Counted from the first letter of the stretch, positions 10,164-19,234 are shown. The stretch is 64,000 nt of DNA from Patescibacteria group bacterium (GCA_018971305.1 JAGXBC010000001.1:98284-162283), one strand, 5' to 3'. The notes: generated by a model from the letters alone, not told the origin. Numbers and translations are program-made.

Positions 10164-10649
10164 ATGGAACAATACGAGATAGCTCCAAAAATATTTCTAG
10201 AAACAGTAAAGTGCGCGCTTTCTCTCCGTAAGCCCGAATACATCTTCATCCGACAGGTCGGCTCCGCGGGCGGTAAAACCATTGTAAGCATAGAATTGAG
10301 GAATAAAAATCTGTCTTTGCAAAAAACTCGCGGCGGAATAAAAATAATCGTCAATAAAAAAGAGATATTTTTCTGGAGAACGTCGCGCTCGCTGCTCAGC
10401 GGAAAACAATGGTCTATTGCGTACGAACGCTGGGACGAAAATAACCGGCTCCATCACGCTGTCACCGGGTACGAAAATCCCGACGACAACGCATTGCCGC
10501 GAATTGTAAAGACATTCTTACGTGCGGTAAGTTCCGATCGTCATTACGGAGAAATTAGATTTAACGGGAAAATTTCTATAATAGTTGATGAGAAAAACAC
10601 GAACAGGAACGAAAATGTCGCTTACTGGAAGTGGAAACTAAAAAAATAA
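10164..10649 (+). CDS. Hypothetical protein.
   Basis: 161-aa ORF, divergent from cca, with a terminator immediately downstream. Confidence 0.4.
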   Translation: MEQYEIAPKIFLETVKCALSLRKPEYIFIRQVGSAGGKTIVSIELRNKNLSLQKTRGGIKIIVNKKEIFFWRTSRSLLSGKQWSIAYERWDENNRLHHAVTGYENPDDNALPRIVKTFLRAVSSDRHYGEIRFNGKISIIVDEKNTNRNENVAYWKWKLKK

Positions 10650-10651
10650 CC

Positions 10652-10681
10652 CCGACGGCCAATAACCGTCGGCAATTTTTT
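10652..10681. terminator. Bidirectional Rho-independent terminator between convergent genes.
   Basis: CCGACGG-ccaataa-CCGTCGG is followed by caaTTTTTT on the plus strand. The same hairpin is preceded by an A-run, so it reads as a T-run on the minus strand. Confidence 0.55.
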
Positions 10682-10781
10682 ACTCAGCCGCCAGAAGCGG
10701 CTGGGTTTATCTTGCCTCCGCCCCGAATTGTTTCTTCCTGCCTGCCGCCTGCCTGTCGGCAGACAGGGCGGGCAGGGGCTT

Positions 10782-11924
10782 CTACCTTATTTCGGCGTTG
10801 AATTGACCCTTTGTCTCATCTATAACTTTATTCTGTAACGGTTCTATCTCTTCGGTCTTTAGTGTCCGCTCGTTGGAACGATAGATGATACGGTACGTGT
10901 AACTAATTTTATCCACCCCGAATTTTTCCGCATTCTCATATTTATCAAGCAGCGAAACTTCTTCAACGAGATCCCCTCCTATATCGCGGATAAGGTCAAA
11001 ATAATTATTCGGCACAAAGCTCTTATCTACTACAAAAGAAATATCACGCGTGATGGGCGGGAATTTGCTGACCTCTTTGAATTTCTGTCCAAGTTTTAAT
11101 TGACGAGTGACGCGCGGATCGTTGGACCACAAAAGCCGGATATCCGGAAGCTGCATACTCAAAATCGCCAGGCGCTCCAAACCAAAACCAAAAGCCCAAC
11201 CGTTCCAGATTTTTGAATCCACGCCCAAATTGTCCAGAACTTTTGACTGTACGACGCCGCTCCCCAAAACTTCCACCCAATTGCCGGCCAGATCAATCTC
11301 CATTTCCAAACTCGGGTCCGTATAAGGAAATGTGTCTTTATTAAAACGATACTTAATATCTTTTCCGTAAATCGCCTGCGCGATTTTTACCAAAACATCC
11401 TGTAGCTCCTTGATGCCGATTTCTTTTTCTTCCCTGCGGCAAAGATACCAGCCGTCTATCTGATGGAAAACATTCATGTGCTTGCGGTCTATTTCGTCCT
11501 TGCGGTAAACCTTGCCATAAGAAAGCGCGCCAACGGCCTCTCCTTTCTTTATCTTTTCTTTCACCGATTCAAGCCCAAGCCAGTAATACCACATTATAGT
11601 GGTGTGCGTGCGCAAAATATTGGCGTCGTCCACGTAATACGTGTCCGAACGGCTCCGCGCCGGATGATCCGGAGGAAAATTAAATAAGTCAAAGCTTTCC
11701 TTGACGGGAACTATTTCCGGAACGTTTATCACGTCGAAATCCTTGAAGTCGGGCAGGGTTACCACTCTCTCGGCCAATTCGTGGATAGGATTTCCCGGCG
11801 TACGCGAAAGGTCCGGCATGTCCAAAAACCGCCGCATGCGCGCGGCCTCGGCGTCTGTGCGTTTTTCAAGCACTATCCGCAAACGTTTTGCCCCAGAAGA
11901 ATCGATTGTTGTTTCTTTGTGCAT
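10782..11924 (-). CDS. pheS: Phenylalanyl-tRNA synthetase alpha-type catalytic subunit fused to a C-terminal FDX-ACB anticodon-binding domain (monomeric, mitochondrial-like architecture).
   Basis: Class II aaRS motifs are present: motif 2 is FPPDHPARSRSDTYY and motif 3 is GWAFGFGLERLAIL. The C-terminal ~95 aa (FPPITRDISFVVDKSF...ERTLKTEEIE...) closely resembles the FDX-ACB domain normally found at the C-terminus of PheT. The long N-terminal coiled coil of bacterial PheS is absent. Confidence 0.8.
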   Translation of the reverse strand: MHKETTIDSSGAKRLRIVLEKRTDAEAARMRRFLDMPDLSRTPGNPIHELAERVVTLPDFKDFDVINVPEIVPVKESFDLFNFPPDHPARSRSDTYYVDDANILRTHTTIMWYYWLGLESVKEKIKKGEAVGALSYGKVYRKDEIDRKHMNVFHQIDGWYLCRREEKEIGIKELQDVLVKIAQAIYGKDIKYRFNKDTFPYTDPSLEMEIDLAGNWVEVLGSGVVQSKVLDNLGVDSKIWNGWAFGFGLERLAILSMQLPDIRLLWSNDPRVTRQLKLGQKFKEVSKFPPITRDISFVVDKSFVPNNYFDLIRDIGGDLVEEVSLLDKYENAEKFGVDKISYTYRIIYRSNERTLKTEEIEPLQNKVIDETKGQFNAEIR

Positions 11925-11949
11925 TGGAAAGCTCGCTTGTTTTAATTAT

Positions 11950-12972
11950 TTATCTCCGCCCCAACTCATCATTATAGTCTTTCAAAAATATATTACGTAA
12001 GCCATTCAATGATACATCGGATACATGCGTTCCCAAAAACTCCATAATGTTTTCCTCGGCCCGCCCATAATCTTCACCTCTGCTTTTTCGCTTTTCGTCG
12101 TCCACTTCACGCAAGGCCTCTTTCTCTGTCACCACAGAATCCAGGTCAACAATTCGGCCATCCAAAGTGATATTGTGATCAGAAAGATAGCCGTGTAGCC
12201 AGCCATGCTTGTGCATTCTGGCAATATTCTGTGCCGTCGTTTTTGTAAGCCAAATTAAATAATCTGTAGTATTAAATTTTTTTGGATCCAGCCCCAATTC
12301 TTGCGCCACTAGCAGGCGGGCGTCTTCGATCAGCTCTCTTTTATCATATGCATCTTCAAGCCGCATACGCGTCCCGAACGCGCGCACCAGCACAACCGGT
12401 TCGTCTTCGGAACGAAGATTGCCGGCCTCTTTCGCTTCTTTAATTCCCATTCTACGCCCACCACTGCCTATAATTTCGTTGAGTTTAATGAGCGCTATGT
12501 CGCGATGCGTCCTTATACCTGCCTTAAGAAATTTTTCGCTCATATCAATATCGCTCCTCGCGTAACCCTCATCTAGAATACCCCACGTTGATTCTTTATT
12601 TCTCTCGTGTGGCACCGGGGGCCGAACGGCGAGCCGAGGATTATAGTAATCATTAAATGCGTAGCCGATACCCTTAACGTCAACATCCCTATAAAGCCGC
12701 CCCTCATCATCTTTGAAAATAACGTGCCCGATTATGCCTGACCGCTTGTGTTGCCTATGAACTTCAAGCTCATATCCGTCCTCCGGATAATCTTCCTGTG
12801 TAAGGAACATTCCCAATTTGGACGGTTTCCCTTCTCGCAGATCAAAGGGCAACTGAAGATGGGGGTTTACCCACTCCACGACGTTCTTAACTTCAACTGC
12901 CGGAAGGGTTTCGCGCCCCTCCGCCAGTTTATCTCCGCCAATACCGATTGGTAAATTTTCTTTATTTTTCAT
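11950..12972 (-). CDS. Protein-kinase-like fold phosphotransferase (Kdo/WaaP/APH-like), function unknown.
   Basis: The HGWLHGYLSDHNITLDGRIVDLDS catalytic-loop-like segment points to this fold. The tracked ORF (to 13068) begins inside tRNA-Met, so the start is moved to the first ATG after the tRNA (12970-12972), giving MKNKENLPIG.... Confidence 0.5.
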   Translation of the reverse strand: MKNKENLPIGIGGDKLAEGRETLPAVEVKNVVEWVNPHLQLPFDLREGKPSKLGMFLTQEDYPEDGYELEVHRQHKRSGIIGHVIFKDDEGRLYRDVDVKGIGYAFNDYYNPRLAVRPPVPHERNKESTWGILDEGYARSDIDMSEKFLKAGIRTHRDIALIKLNEIIGSGGRRMGIKEAKEAGNLRSEDEPVVLVRAFGTRMRLEDAYDKRELIEDARLLVAQELGLDPKKFNTTDYLIWLTKTTAQNIARMHKHGWLHGYLSDHNITLDGRIVDLDSVVTEKEALREVDDEKRKSRGEDYGRAEENIMEFLGTHVSDVSLNGLRNIFLKDYNDELGRR

Positions 12973-12980
12973 ATTTTCTG

Positions 12981-13052
12981 TGCCGACGGCAGGAATCGAA
13001 CCTGCGACCCAGCGCTTATGAAACGCTTGCTCTACCACTGAGCTACGCCGGC
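12981..13052 (-). tRNA. tRNA-Met (elongator-type, anticodon CAU).
   Basis: GCCGGCG-TA-GCTC-AGTGGTA-GAGC-A-AGCGT-TTCATAA-GCGCT-GGGTC-GCAGG-TTCGATT-CCTGC-CGTCGGC-A. The anticodon stem lacks the GGG/CCC of initiator tRNAs. Confidence 0.85.
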
Positions 13053-13191
13053 AATTATTCCTCCCCAAACATGCCGTTCCCTTAAATATTTTTTAACATT
13101 TATTTTGTCTATTGGCAAAAAAAGCTTGATAAAAGAAGCTTGGCGGCGTACAATTGATTATAGATTGAAAGAAAATTTGCGGGGGTGACAC

Positions 13192-13563
13192 GTGTTTTCC
13201 GGAATCGGCAGAAACCCTAAAAGAGCCACCAACGAGAGAATAGGACTGGCAATTAGTCTGATTTTTGCGATAATCGTGGCTGTTATTGCCTCTAAGCGGA
13301 CAAAGAAAATCACCGAACAGAATTCCGAACTGCATCTTGGGCAACAACTTACGGATGCATATTGCCGCGGCTGCCATACTTTTAATCATGAGCCGATCGG
13401 TGGCATGCGACATGTTAATACACTTAAAACCAGCGACGAAACGTTGCTATGGCAAATAGGCAACGATCCATCGAATACATCCCCAAACAGAAAAGATGAC
13501 CAGGTGGCAATTTTTAAATTCCTGCGCTATCAGGAAAAGCATCCAACCCAGGCACAAAAGTGA
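13192..13563 (+). CDS. Hypothetical membrane-anchored protein (possible GTG start).
   Basis: 123-aa ORF with an N-terminal TM segment LAISLIFAIIVAVIA and a Cys/His pair (CRGCH). Confidence 0.35.
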   Translation: MFSGIGRNPKRATNERIGLAISLIFAIIVAVIASKRTKKITEQNSELHLGQQLTDAYCRGCHTFNHEPIGGMRHVNTLKTSDETLLWQIGNDPSNTSPNRKDDQVAIFKFLRYQEKHPTQAQK

Positions 13564-13748
13564 GTGCTAAGGCCTACAACGCGACACCAAAATAACGGTG
13601 CCGCTTTTTATATTCTTCACCCCATCCCGATAATTCACTCTCTATAAACACCGACAACAATTAGAATTTTTCCGCGACGCATTGACGACTAATTGAAAAC
13701 ATAAGATACTGGGGAATAGTTATTAACCAATAAAAAATTAATAAAGGA

Positions 13749-14645
13749 GTGATAATGGACGATATAAGTATTATCGCCGGCCCGTTCACTGACGACATCC
13801 TGAATGTTTTTTTCCGAACTTTTGGGTTTTGGAATAGACCTGTCGTAAACGAAAAAACGGTTACAACCAAAAAGCAATTACGAGTTAGAGATAAATTTCT
13901 GATTCGGAATAACGAACAAATAGTAACGGCACTGGAAAACAGGCGTCTCGGAAATCTTCTCCAAAAACTGCGGTGGGCAAATCCCCCGTCCATCTGTCTC
14001 GCTCAACTTGAAACATATCCTAAACGGATTAGGCTTGTTACTTATGTGACAAAATTTTCCGTCTTTCCGAAACGCATTCTGTCATTCTGCAAAAAATCAG
14101 CTTTCCTAATCGCAGGCGAACACGTTATGGAGTCCAACGCGATAACTATCTGTCCGGAAAATTTATGGCGAGCTTCTAATAAGAATCCGCGGGATGATGA
14201 TGTTTTTAGATATAAGCGCGCACTTACGTGGACCCTGGCGCACGAATTGGGCCATTCCTGGCTCCACAAACAAAAACATTGGACGCACGTTCCACCCTGG
14301 TTTATTAGAGTAATCCTTGCTGTGCCGCGGCTATTCCAGCAAGTCATCCTAGCCCACAAAGAAGGCCGGCTGGCGATAGCGGCGGGATTACTTTTCTATA
14401 TCTTCCTTCTCCCTCAGCAACTACTGACAGCGGTGGAATACACAATTTGTTCATTACTGGTCACTATCGCCTTACTGTGGCTGGACAAAATTATTCTTCC
14501 AATTATGATCGAAATGAAAGCCGATGAATTCGCGGAAAAGTTCATGTTAAAGAACGGCGAAGAGCTCTCCAGGTGTATCAGCGCCAGAAAAGAATCACCA
14601 TATTCTGATATCGGTTACAAAACCCCGACACCATTGTTCAAATGA
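13749..14645 (+). CDS. Membrane-associated zinc metallopeptidase-like protein (HExxH).
   Basis: LAHELGHSW is an HExxH motif. C-terminal hydrophobic helices. 298 aa. Confidence 0.5.
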   Translation: MIMDDISIIAGPFTDDILNVFFRTFGFWNRPVVNEKTVTTKKQLRVRDKFLIRNNEQIVTALENRRLGNLLQKLRWANPPSICLAQLETYPKRIRLVTYVTKFSVFPKRILSFCKKSAFLIAGEHVMESNAITICPENLWRASNKNPRDDDVFRYKRALTWTLAHELGHSWLHKQKHWTHVPPWFIRVILAVPRLFQQVILAHKEGRLAIAAGLLFYIFLLPQQLLTAVEYTICSLLVTIALLWLDKIILPIMIEMKADEFAEKFMLKNGEELSRCISARKESPYSDIGYKTPTPLFK

Positions 14646-14811
14646 CTTTCGGGGTTTTTATTTTTATAACTTGTTCAACTCCTATCATTATTTTTACTAG
14701 AAGCGTAAGTTTGCGCTTCTTGAGGGTTTCTCGGAGCCACGAAGGTGGTGAGAGTAAGCGCGCTTCAAGCATGAAGCGACGCGTCCCTCAAGAAGCACGA
14801 ACCGGAGCCAT

Positions 14812-14887
14812 TTGCGGGGGTGGGAGTTGAACCCACTTCAGCAGCTTATGGGGCTGCCCGGAGAAAACCTTCCCCAGCCCTCCCGCG
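14812..14887 (-). tRNA. tRNA-like gene with anticodon CAU. It has an initiator-like acceptor end but an irregular D-arm. It could be an atypical tRNA-Met/fMet or a pseudogene.
   Basis: The minus strand carries a clean anticodon arm GCAGC-CCCAUAA-GCUGC and a T arm GUGGG-UUCAACU-CCCAC. The 3' end CCCCGCAA is identical to the E. coli tRNA-fMet acceptor 3' strand plus A72-A73. The 5' side CGCGGGA... would give C1xA72. The D region is ~4 nt too long to fold canonically, and there is no GGG/CCC in the anticodon stem. Confidence 0.35.
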
Positions 14888-14953
14888 CATTAAACACAAA
14901 ATCAAGTATAAACGAATTGTCAAAAATCTCCAAGCGTGAGAACATAAATATTA

Positions 14954-16189
14954 ATGAGACTTGCGATACTTGGCTTCGGCCGCGAAGGAAAATCTATTTT
15001 GAAATTTATAAAAAAATCTCCCGAATACCGCGGCGCGAAAATTGAAATTCTTGATAAAAAGCGCAGTAAAAATTATCTAAAAAATCTGGAAAAATTCGGT
15101 ATTATATTCCGCTCCCCGGGAATCCCCTATAATCTGCCAGAGCTGAAACGCGCGAGGAAAACCGGTGTTAGATTTTCCAGCGCCACGAAACTGTTTTTTA
15201 ACAATTGTCCGACAAAAAATATCATCGGCGTTACAGGCACTAAAGGCAAAGGCACAACCTCTACGCTGCTTTATAAAATCCTTAAAGCTTCCGGTAGGCG
15301 GGTTTTACTCGCCGGCAACATCGGAAAATCCGCGCTGGAAATTTTGCCGAGACTAAAAAATAATTCCTTGGTTGTCTTGGAATTATCCAGTTTCCAGCTC
15401 CAAGACCTCACGCTATCACCGCATATCGCCGTAGTTCTGGATATCTTCCCAGACCATCAAGACGCGCACCTCAATCTCCGCGAATACTACGAAGCGAAAA
15501 CCAACGTCGCCCGCAATCAGAAAAAGTCGGATAAAATTTTCTTTTTTAAGGATAATGCCTTAAGCCGCTGGACTGCCGCAAAGAGCCGCGGCAAAAAAAT
15601 AGGAATTGATCCAAAAAAATTCCGTCTCTTCGGCTGGGAAGATTTAAAAATCAGGGGTTGGTATAATTTTAAAAATGCAGTCATGGCGGCGACCGTCACC
15701 GAATCCCTGGGAATACCGGAGAAAATAATATTAAAAACAGTAAAAAGTTTCCGCGGCAATGAACATCGCCTGGAATTCGTAAGAAAAATCGGCGGCGTAG
15801 AATTCTGGAACGATTCCGCCTCAACAAACCCGCAAACAACCGCGGCGGCGATAAAAGCATTCCCAAAGGAAGGCAAAATACTTATTGCCGGAGGCCAGGA
15901 TAAAGGACTAGATTACAAACCACTCGCTCAAGCCCTGAAAAATTCCGACACAAAGCTTGTAATTCTTTTCGGCGAGAATAAAAGTAAAATCGCCGGTGCA
16001 ATTAAAAAATCAGGCGTCCCAATAAAATTTGTTAAAGATTTAAAAACTGCCATCCGGACATCTTATAATTTCGCCAAAAAATCACCGCCCGCAAAAATAT
16101 TATTCTCACCCGGAGCCACAAGTTTTGATATGTTCGAAAACTATGCCAACCGCGGCAAACAGTTCAAACTATTGACAAAAAAGTTATAA
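14954..16189 (+). CDS. murD: UDP-N-acetylmuramoyl-L-alanine--D-glutamate ligase.
   Basis: 411 aa with GVTGTKGKGTT (P-loop) and LLAGNIG, an overall Mur ligase layout. Confidence 0.8.
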   Translation: MRLAILGFGREGKSILKFIKKSPEYRGAKIEILDKKRSKNYLKNLEKFGIIFRSPGIPYNLPELKRARKTGVRFSSATKLFFNNCPTKNIIGVTGTKGKGTTSTLLYKILKASGRRVLLAGNIGKSALEILPRLKNNSLVVLELSSFQLQDLTLSPHIAVVLDIFPDHQDAHLNLREYYEAKTNVARNQKKSDKIFFFKDNALSRWTAAKSRGKKIGIDPKKFRLFGWEDLKIRGWYNFKNAVMAATVTESLGIPEKIILKTVKSFRGNEHRLEFVRKIGGVEFWNDSASTNPQTTAAAIKAFPKEGKILIAGGQDKGLDYKPLAQALKNSDTKLVILFGENKSKIAGAIKKSGVPIKFVKDLKTAIRTSYNFAKKSPPAKILFSPGATSFDMFENYANRGKQFKLLTKKL

Positions 16190-16237
16190 CAGGATACAAT
16201 CTGAACAGCTTAAATTTTTAATTTAGTGAGGTGATAA

Positions 16238-16843
16238 GTGAAAAAGTTTGAGATTCTGCAGCTTAAGAAGGGGCTGCACCTAATGGCAACGACAAGCGAA
16301 AAAAATCGTCCCGCTGGATATATTCCCGAAGAATGTCTCTTGGAATATTTCCAGAGACCGAACATAACAACTCCGTTCATAGAATTGGTAATTTACAGGA
16401 GGCAGGCAGGAAGGTTTGAATACTTATACCAGAACCGCAACGATAAATGGTGGAAGGGGTTCTGCGCTTACGGCAGTATGGTCCGCAAGAGCCATCCGGC
16501 TTCTCCGGTGGAGATCGCCCAAAAAGCGATGGACCGGGAATTCAAGGGTCTTGGACTTGTAGTCAAATCGCTTCAGATTGTGAGTTCTCTTCATTGGCGG
16601 AAGCATCCGTGGTGCAATCCATTTGCCACTGTTTACCTGGTAAGAGTTCTCGGAGATGTTCCGGAAACGTCTGACCGCAAATGGATTTCGGCAGACAACA
16701 TGCCGAAAAATATGGTGATGAACCATGGGCTCTACATCCTCCAATGCGAATATTTCCTCAGCAGCGGACCGCTTATCTTCACACCGGAGGAACCAGACGG
16801 TCTACCGAAAAACTTTCGGAAACAATTCAAGGAGAAGCTATAG
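16238..16843 (+). CDS. Hypothetical protein (GTG start).
   Basis: 201-aa ORF preceded by a GAGGTGA ribosome-binding site. A hairpin terminator overlaps its stop codon. Confidence 0.4.
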   Translation: MKKFEILQLKKGLHLMATTSEKNRPAGYIPEECLLEYFQRPNITTPFIELVIYRRQAGRFEYLYQNRNDKWWKGFCAYGSMVRKSHPASPVEIAQKAMDREFKGLGLVVKSLQIVSSLHWRKHPWCNPFATVYLVRVLGDVPETSDRKWISADNMPKNMVMNHGLYILQCEYFLSSGPLIFTPEEPDGLPKNFRKQFKEKL

Positions 16844-16860
16844 GCTTCTCCTGTTTTTTT
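16831..16860 (+). terminator. Rho-independent terminator.
   Basis: GGAGAAGC-tatag-GCTTCTCC followed by TGTTTTTTT. Confidence 0.6.
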
Positions 16861-16887
16861 GCAAAAATCCATAAAAATCAATAGAAT
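16859..16887 (+). promoter_or_regulatory. Candidate sigma70-like promoter for gatCA, placed so the transcript would be nearly leaderless.
   Basis: TTGCAA (16859-16864), a 17-nt spacer, then TAGAAT (16882-16887). The gatC ATG is at 16896, only 8 nt beyond the -10. Confidence 0.35.
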
Positions 16888-16895
16888 TTACTTAT

Positions 16896-17189
16896 ATGTC
16901 ATCCCCTATCAACAAAAAAACATTGGAGCATTTAGCCGAACTTGCCCGCATAAAGCTGAACACTCAGGAAGAAGAGAAATTACTCCAGGACCTGCAAAAA
17001 ATATTGGAGCATTTTGAAGAGTTAAAAACTCTTGATACCGCAGGCGTGGAACCGATGAGCGGCGGCGGGGGCCTGAAAAACATTTTCCGCGACGACGCGG
17101 CTGCAGAAAATACAAATCAGCGTGCCGGCATTGAACAATTCCCGGACAAACAAGATGACTACTTAAAAGTTCCACCCGTCTTTGAATAA
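16896..17189 (+). CDS. gatC: Glu-tRNA(Gln)/Asp-tRNA(Asn) amidotransferase subunit C.
   Basis: 97 aa, GatC-like (LARIKL...EEE..L..L..IL.....L), immediately upstream of gatA. Confidence 0.75.
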   Translation: MSSPINKKTLEHLAELARIKLNTQEEEKLLQDLQKILEHFEELKTLDTAGVEPMSGGGGLKNIFRDDAAAENTNQRAGIEQFPDKQDDYLKVPPVFE

Positions 17190-17191
17190 AA

Positions 17192-18649
17192 ATGGCGACA
17201 GTACTTGAAAACCTAACCCTTAAATCCTTCCACGAAGGATTGGTAAATAAAAAATTTTCCGCCCTAGAGATAACGCAGGCTGTTTTTTCACATATCAAAA
17301 ATACGGACAAACAAATAGGCGCCTACCTAAGCTTGAACGAAAACGGAGCCATTAAAGACGCCGAGAAGGTTGACGTAGCCATAGCTCGCGGAGAAAACAT
17401 TGGCTATCTGGCCGGAGCATCTCTTGCCGTAAAGGACAACATATTGATAGATGGCTTACCTGCGACAGCTGCCTCAAAAATTTTGGAAAACTACGTGGCT
17501 AGCTATGATGCCGGAGTTATAAAGAAGCTCAAATCGGAAAACGCGGTGTTTTTGGGCAAGGCAAATCTTGATGAATTCGCGATGGGTTCTTCCACGGAAA
17601 ACTCCGGTTTCAAGATAACAAAGAACCCGCACGACCATGAACGCGTTCCCGGAGGTTCGTCCGGCGGTTCTGCCGCAGCTGTTGCGGCGCACATGGCAAT
17701 CGCGGCTTTGGGCTCGGACACCGGGGGATCTATCCGCCTGCCGGCAAGCTTCTGCGGAGTAGTTGGACTTGGTCCGACATACGGCTCTGTCTCCCGCTCG
17801 GGGCTTATTGCCATGACCTCCAGCCTTGACCAGATAGGACCCATCACAAAAACCGTTGAGGATTCCGCGATTTTGTTTAAGGCGATATCCGGCGGTGATA
17901 GCATGGACTCAACAAACGCTAATCGTAGTTACGGCGACGAACTTCTGAATCCTAATCTTGATAGCATTAAAGGATTAACTGTCGGCCTGCCAGACGAGTA
18001 TTTTGGCGAAGGCATCAGCGCAGAAGTCCGTTCCGGAGTTGAAACAGCTATAGAAAAAATAAAAAGTTTGGGGCTTAAATTCAAAAAAATATCACTGCCG
18101 CACACGAAATATGCGCTTTCCTGCTACTACATAATAGTTCCGGCGGAGGTGAGTTCTAACTCGGCAAGATATGATGGCATACGCTACTCACGGAACACGG
18201 AACACGCGCCACAGAACACGAAACTTTATGATATCTATCTCAAACAGCGTGGCGTAGGGTTCGGGCCGGAACCGAAGCGAAGAATAATCCTCGGAACCTT
18301 TGTTCTATCTTCTGGATATTACGATTCTTATTACGATAAAGCCCAGCGGGTTCGCACTCTCATTAAAAAAGATTTTGATGAGGCATTTAAAGAGGTGGAC
18401 GTGATGCTCACTCCTGTTGCGCCAACAACCGCCTTCAAGATTGGAGAGAAGGCGAACGATCCTATTTCCATGTATCTGGCCGATACCTTCACTATTCCAT
18501 TGAAACTTGCGGGACTCCCGGCAATTTCTATCCCAGTGAAGCAATACAAAGTCGGCTCCAAAGAACTTCCTGTCGGTTTCCAACTCATCGGCAAACACTG
18601 GCGCGAAGTTGATATTTTGGGCCTGGGACAATATTATGAAAAATTATAA
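17192..18649 (+). CDS. gatA: Glu-tRNA(Gln) amidotransferase subunit A (amidase-signature enzyme).
   Basis: 485 aa with the amidase signature GGSSGGSAAAVA and a conserved Ser-cisSer-Lys context. Confidence 0.85.
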   Translation: MATVLENLTLKSFHEGLVNKKFSALEITQAVFSHIKNTDKQIGAYLSLNENGAIKDAEKVDVAIARGENIGYLAGASLAVKDNILIDGLPATAASKILENYVASYDAGVIKKLKSENAVFLGKANLDEFAMGSSTENSGFKITKNPHDHERVPGGSSGGSAAAVAAHMAIAALGSDTGGSIRLPASFCGVVGLGPTYGSVSRSGLIAMTSSLDQIGPITKTVEDSAILFKAISGGDSMDSTNANRSYGDELLNPNLDSIKGLTVGLPDEYFGEGISAEVRSGVETAIEKIKSLGLKFKKISLPHTKYALSCYYIIVPAEVSSNSARYDGIRYSRNTEHAPQNTKLYDIYLKQRGVGFGPEPKRRIILGTFVLSSGYYDSYYDKAQRVRTLIKKDFDEAFKEVDVMLTPVAPTTAFKIGEKANDPISMYLADTFTIPLKLAGLPAISIPVKQYKVGSKELPVGFQLIGKHWREVDILGLGQYYEKL

Positions 18650-18658
18650 AATTACATC

Positions 18659-19234
18659 ATGCCAACCCCACTTTTAGCGCAACTAACACAAATACAGCAA
18701 CTGAATAATGTTCTGAAGAGCCAGCAGGTGCAGCAGGTAGAGCAACAAACCTTGAATGTCTATTCTTCTAATTTAGGATACCTTAAGGCCGGCTCCATAC
18801 TCTTAACGATATTTTTTCTTATTAGCTGCGTATTCTTTATGGTCAAAACAGGCTGGCTCGCCCTGCGTATAGATAGAGTTGAAGACGTGCTCCTGAAAAG
18901 CGATATGCCGAGAAAGCGTTCTATCAAAGTTTGGAATAAAATAAAAACGCACTTCTTTGCCGGCGACGATAATAGTCTAAAATTGGCTCTCATAGAAGCT
19001 GATAACGTTTTAGATGAGGCGCTGCGCCTTGCCGGTTTTAGAGGCGACAACCTTGGCGAACGCCTGAAGCAGATTGAAGAATCCCAGCTCGCGAACATCC
19101 AAGAGGTCTGGGAAGCCCATAAATTGAGAAATCGCCTCGTACACGAAACGGATTTCAAGTTAAACAGAAACATCGCCGAAAAAGCCCTTACTATTTACGA
19201 GGAAACCCTCAAAGACCTAGGACTTCTCGACTAA
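18659..19234 (+). CDS. Hypothetical membrane protein. It sits where gatB would normally be.
   Basis: 191 aa with a TM segment ILLTIFFLISCVFFMV. No GatB motifs. Confidence 0.4.
   Translation: MPTPLLAQLTQIQQLNNVLKSQQVQQVEQQTLNVYSSNLGYLKAGSILLTIFFLISCVFFMVKTGWLALRIDRVEDVLLKSDMPRKRSIKVWNKIKTHFFAGDDNSLKLALIEADNVLDEALRLAGFRGDNLGERLKQIEESQLANIQEVWEAHKLRNRLVHETDFKLNRNIAEKALTIYEETLKDLGLLD

Noticed and set aside
12973-13068. The N-terminal 32 codons of tracked ORF 11950-13068.
   Set aside because: This segment is the complement of tRNA-Met. The CDS start was moved to the first ATG downstream of the tRNA.
14646-14953. tmRNA (ssrA) hypothesis for the T-arm/acceptor-like element plus structured region.
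   Set aside because: Only ~125 nt are available between the tRNA-like 3' domain and murD. There is no convincing resume codon or tag ORF, and no pseudoknot series. The resemblance to a tag end (GCAGCTTA) is on the opposite strand. It is kept as an irregular tRNA-like element instead.
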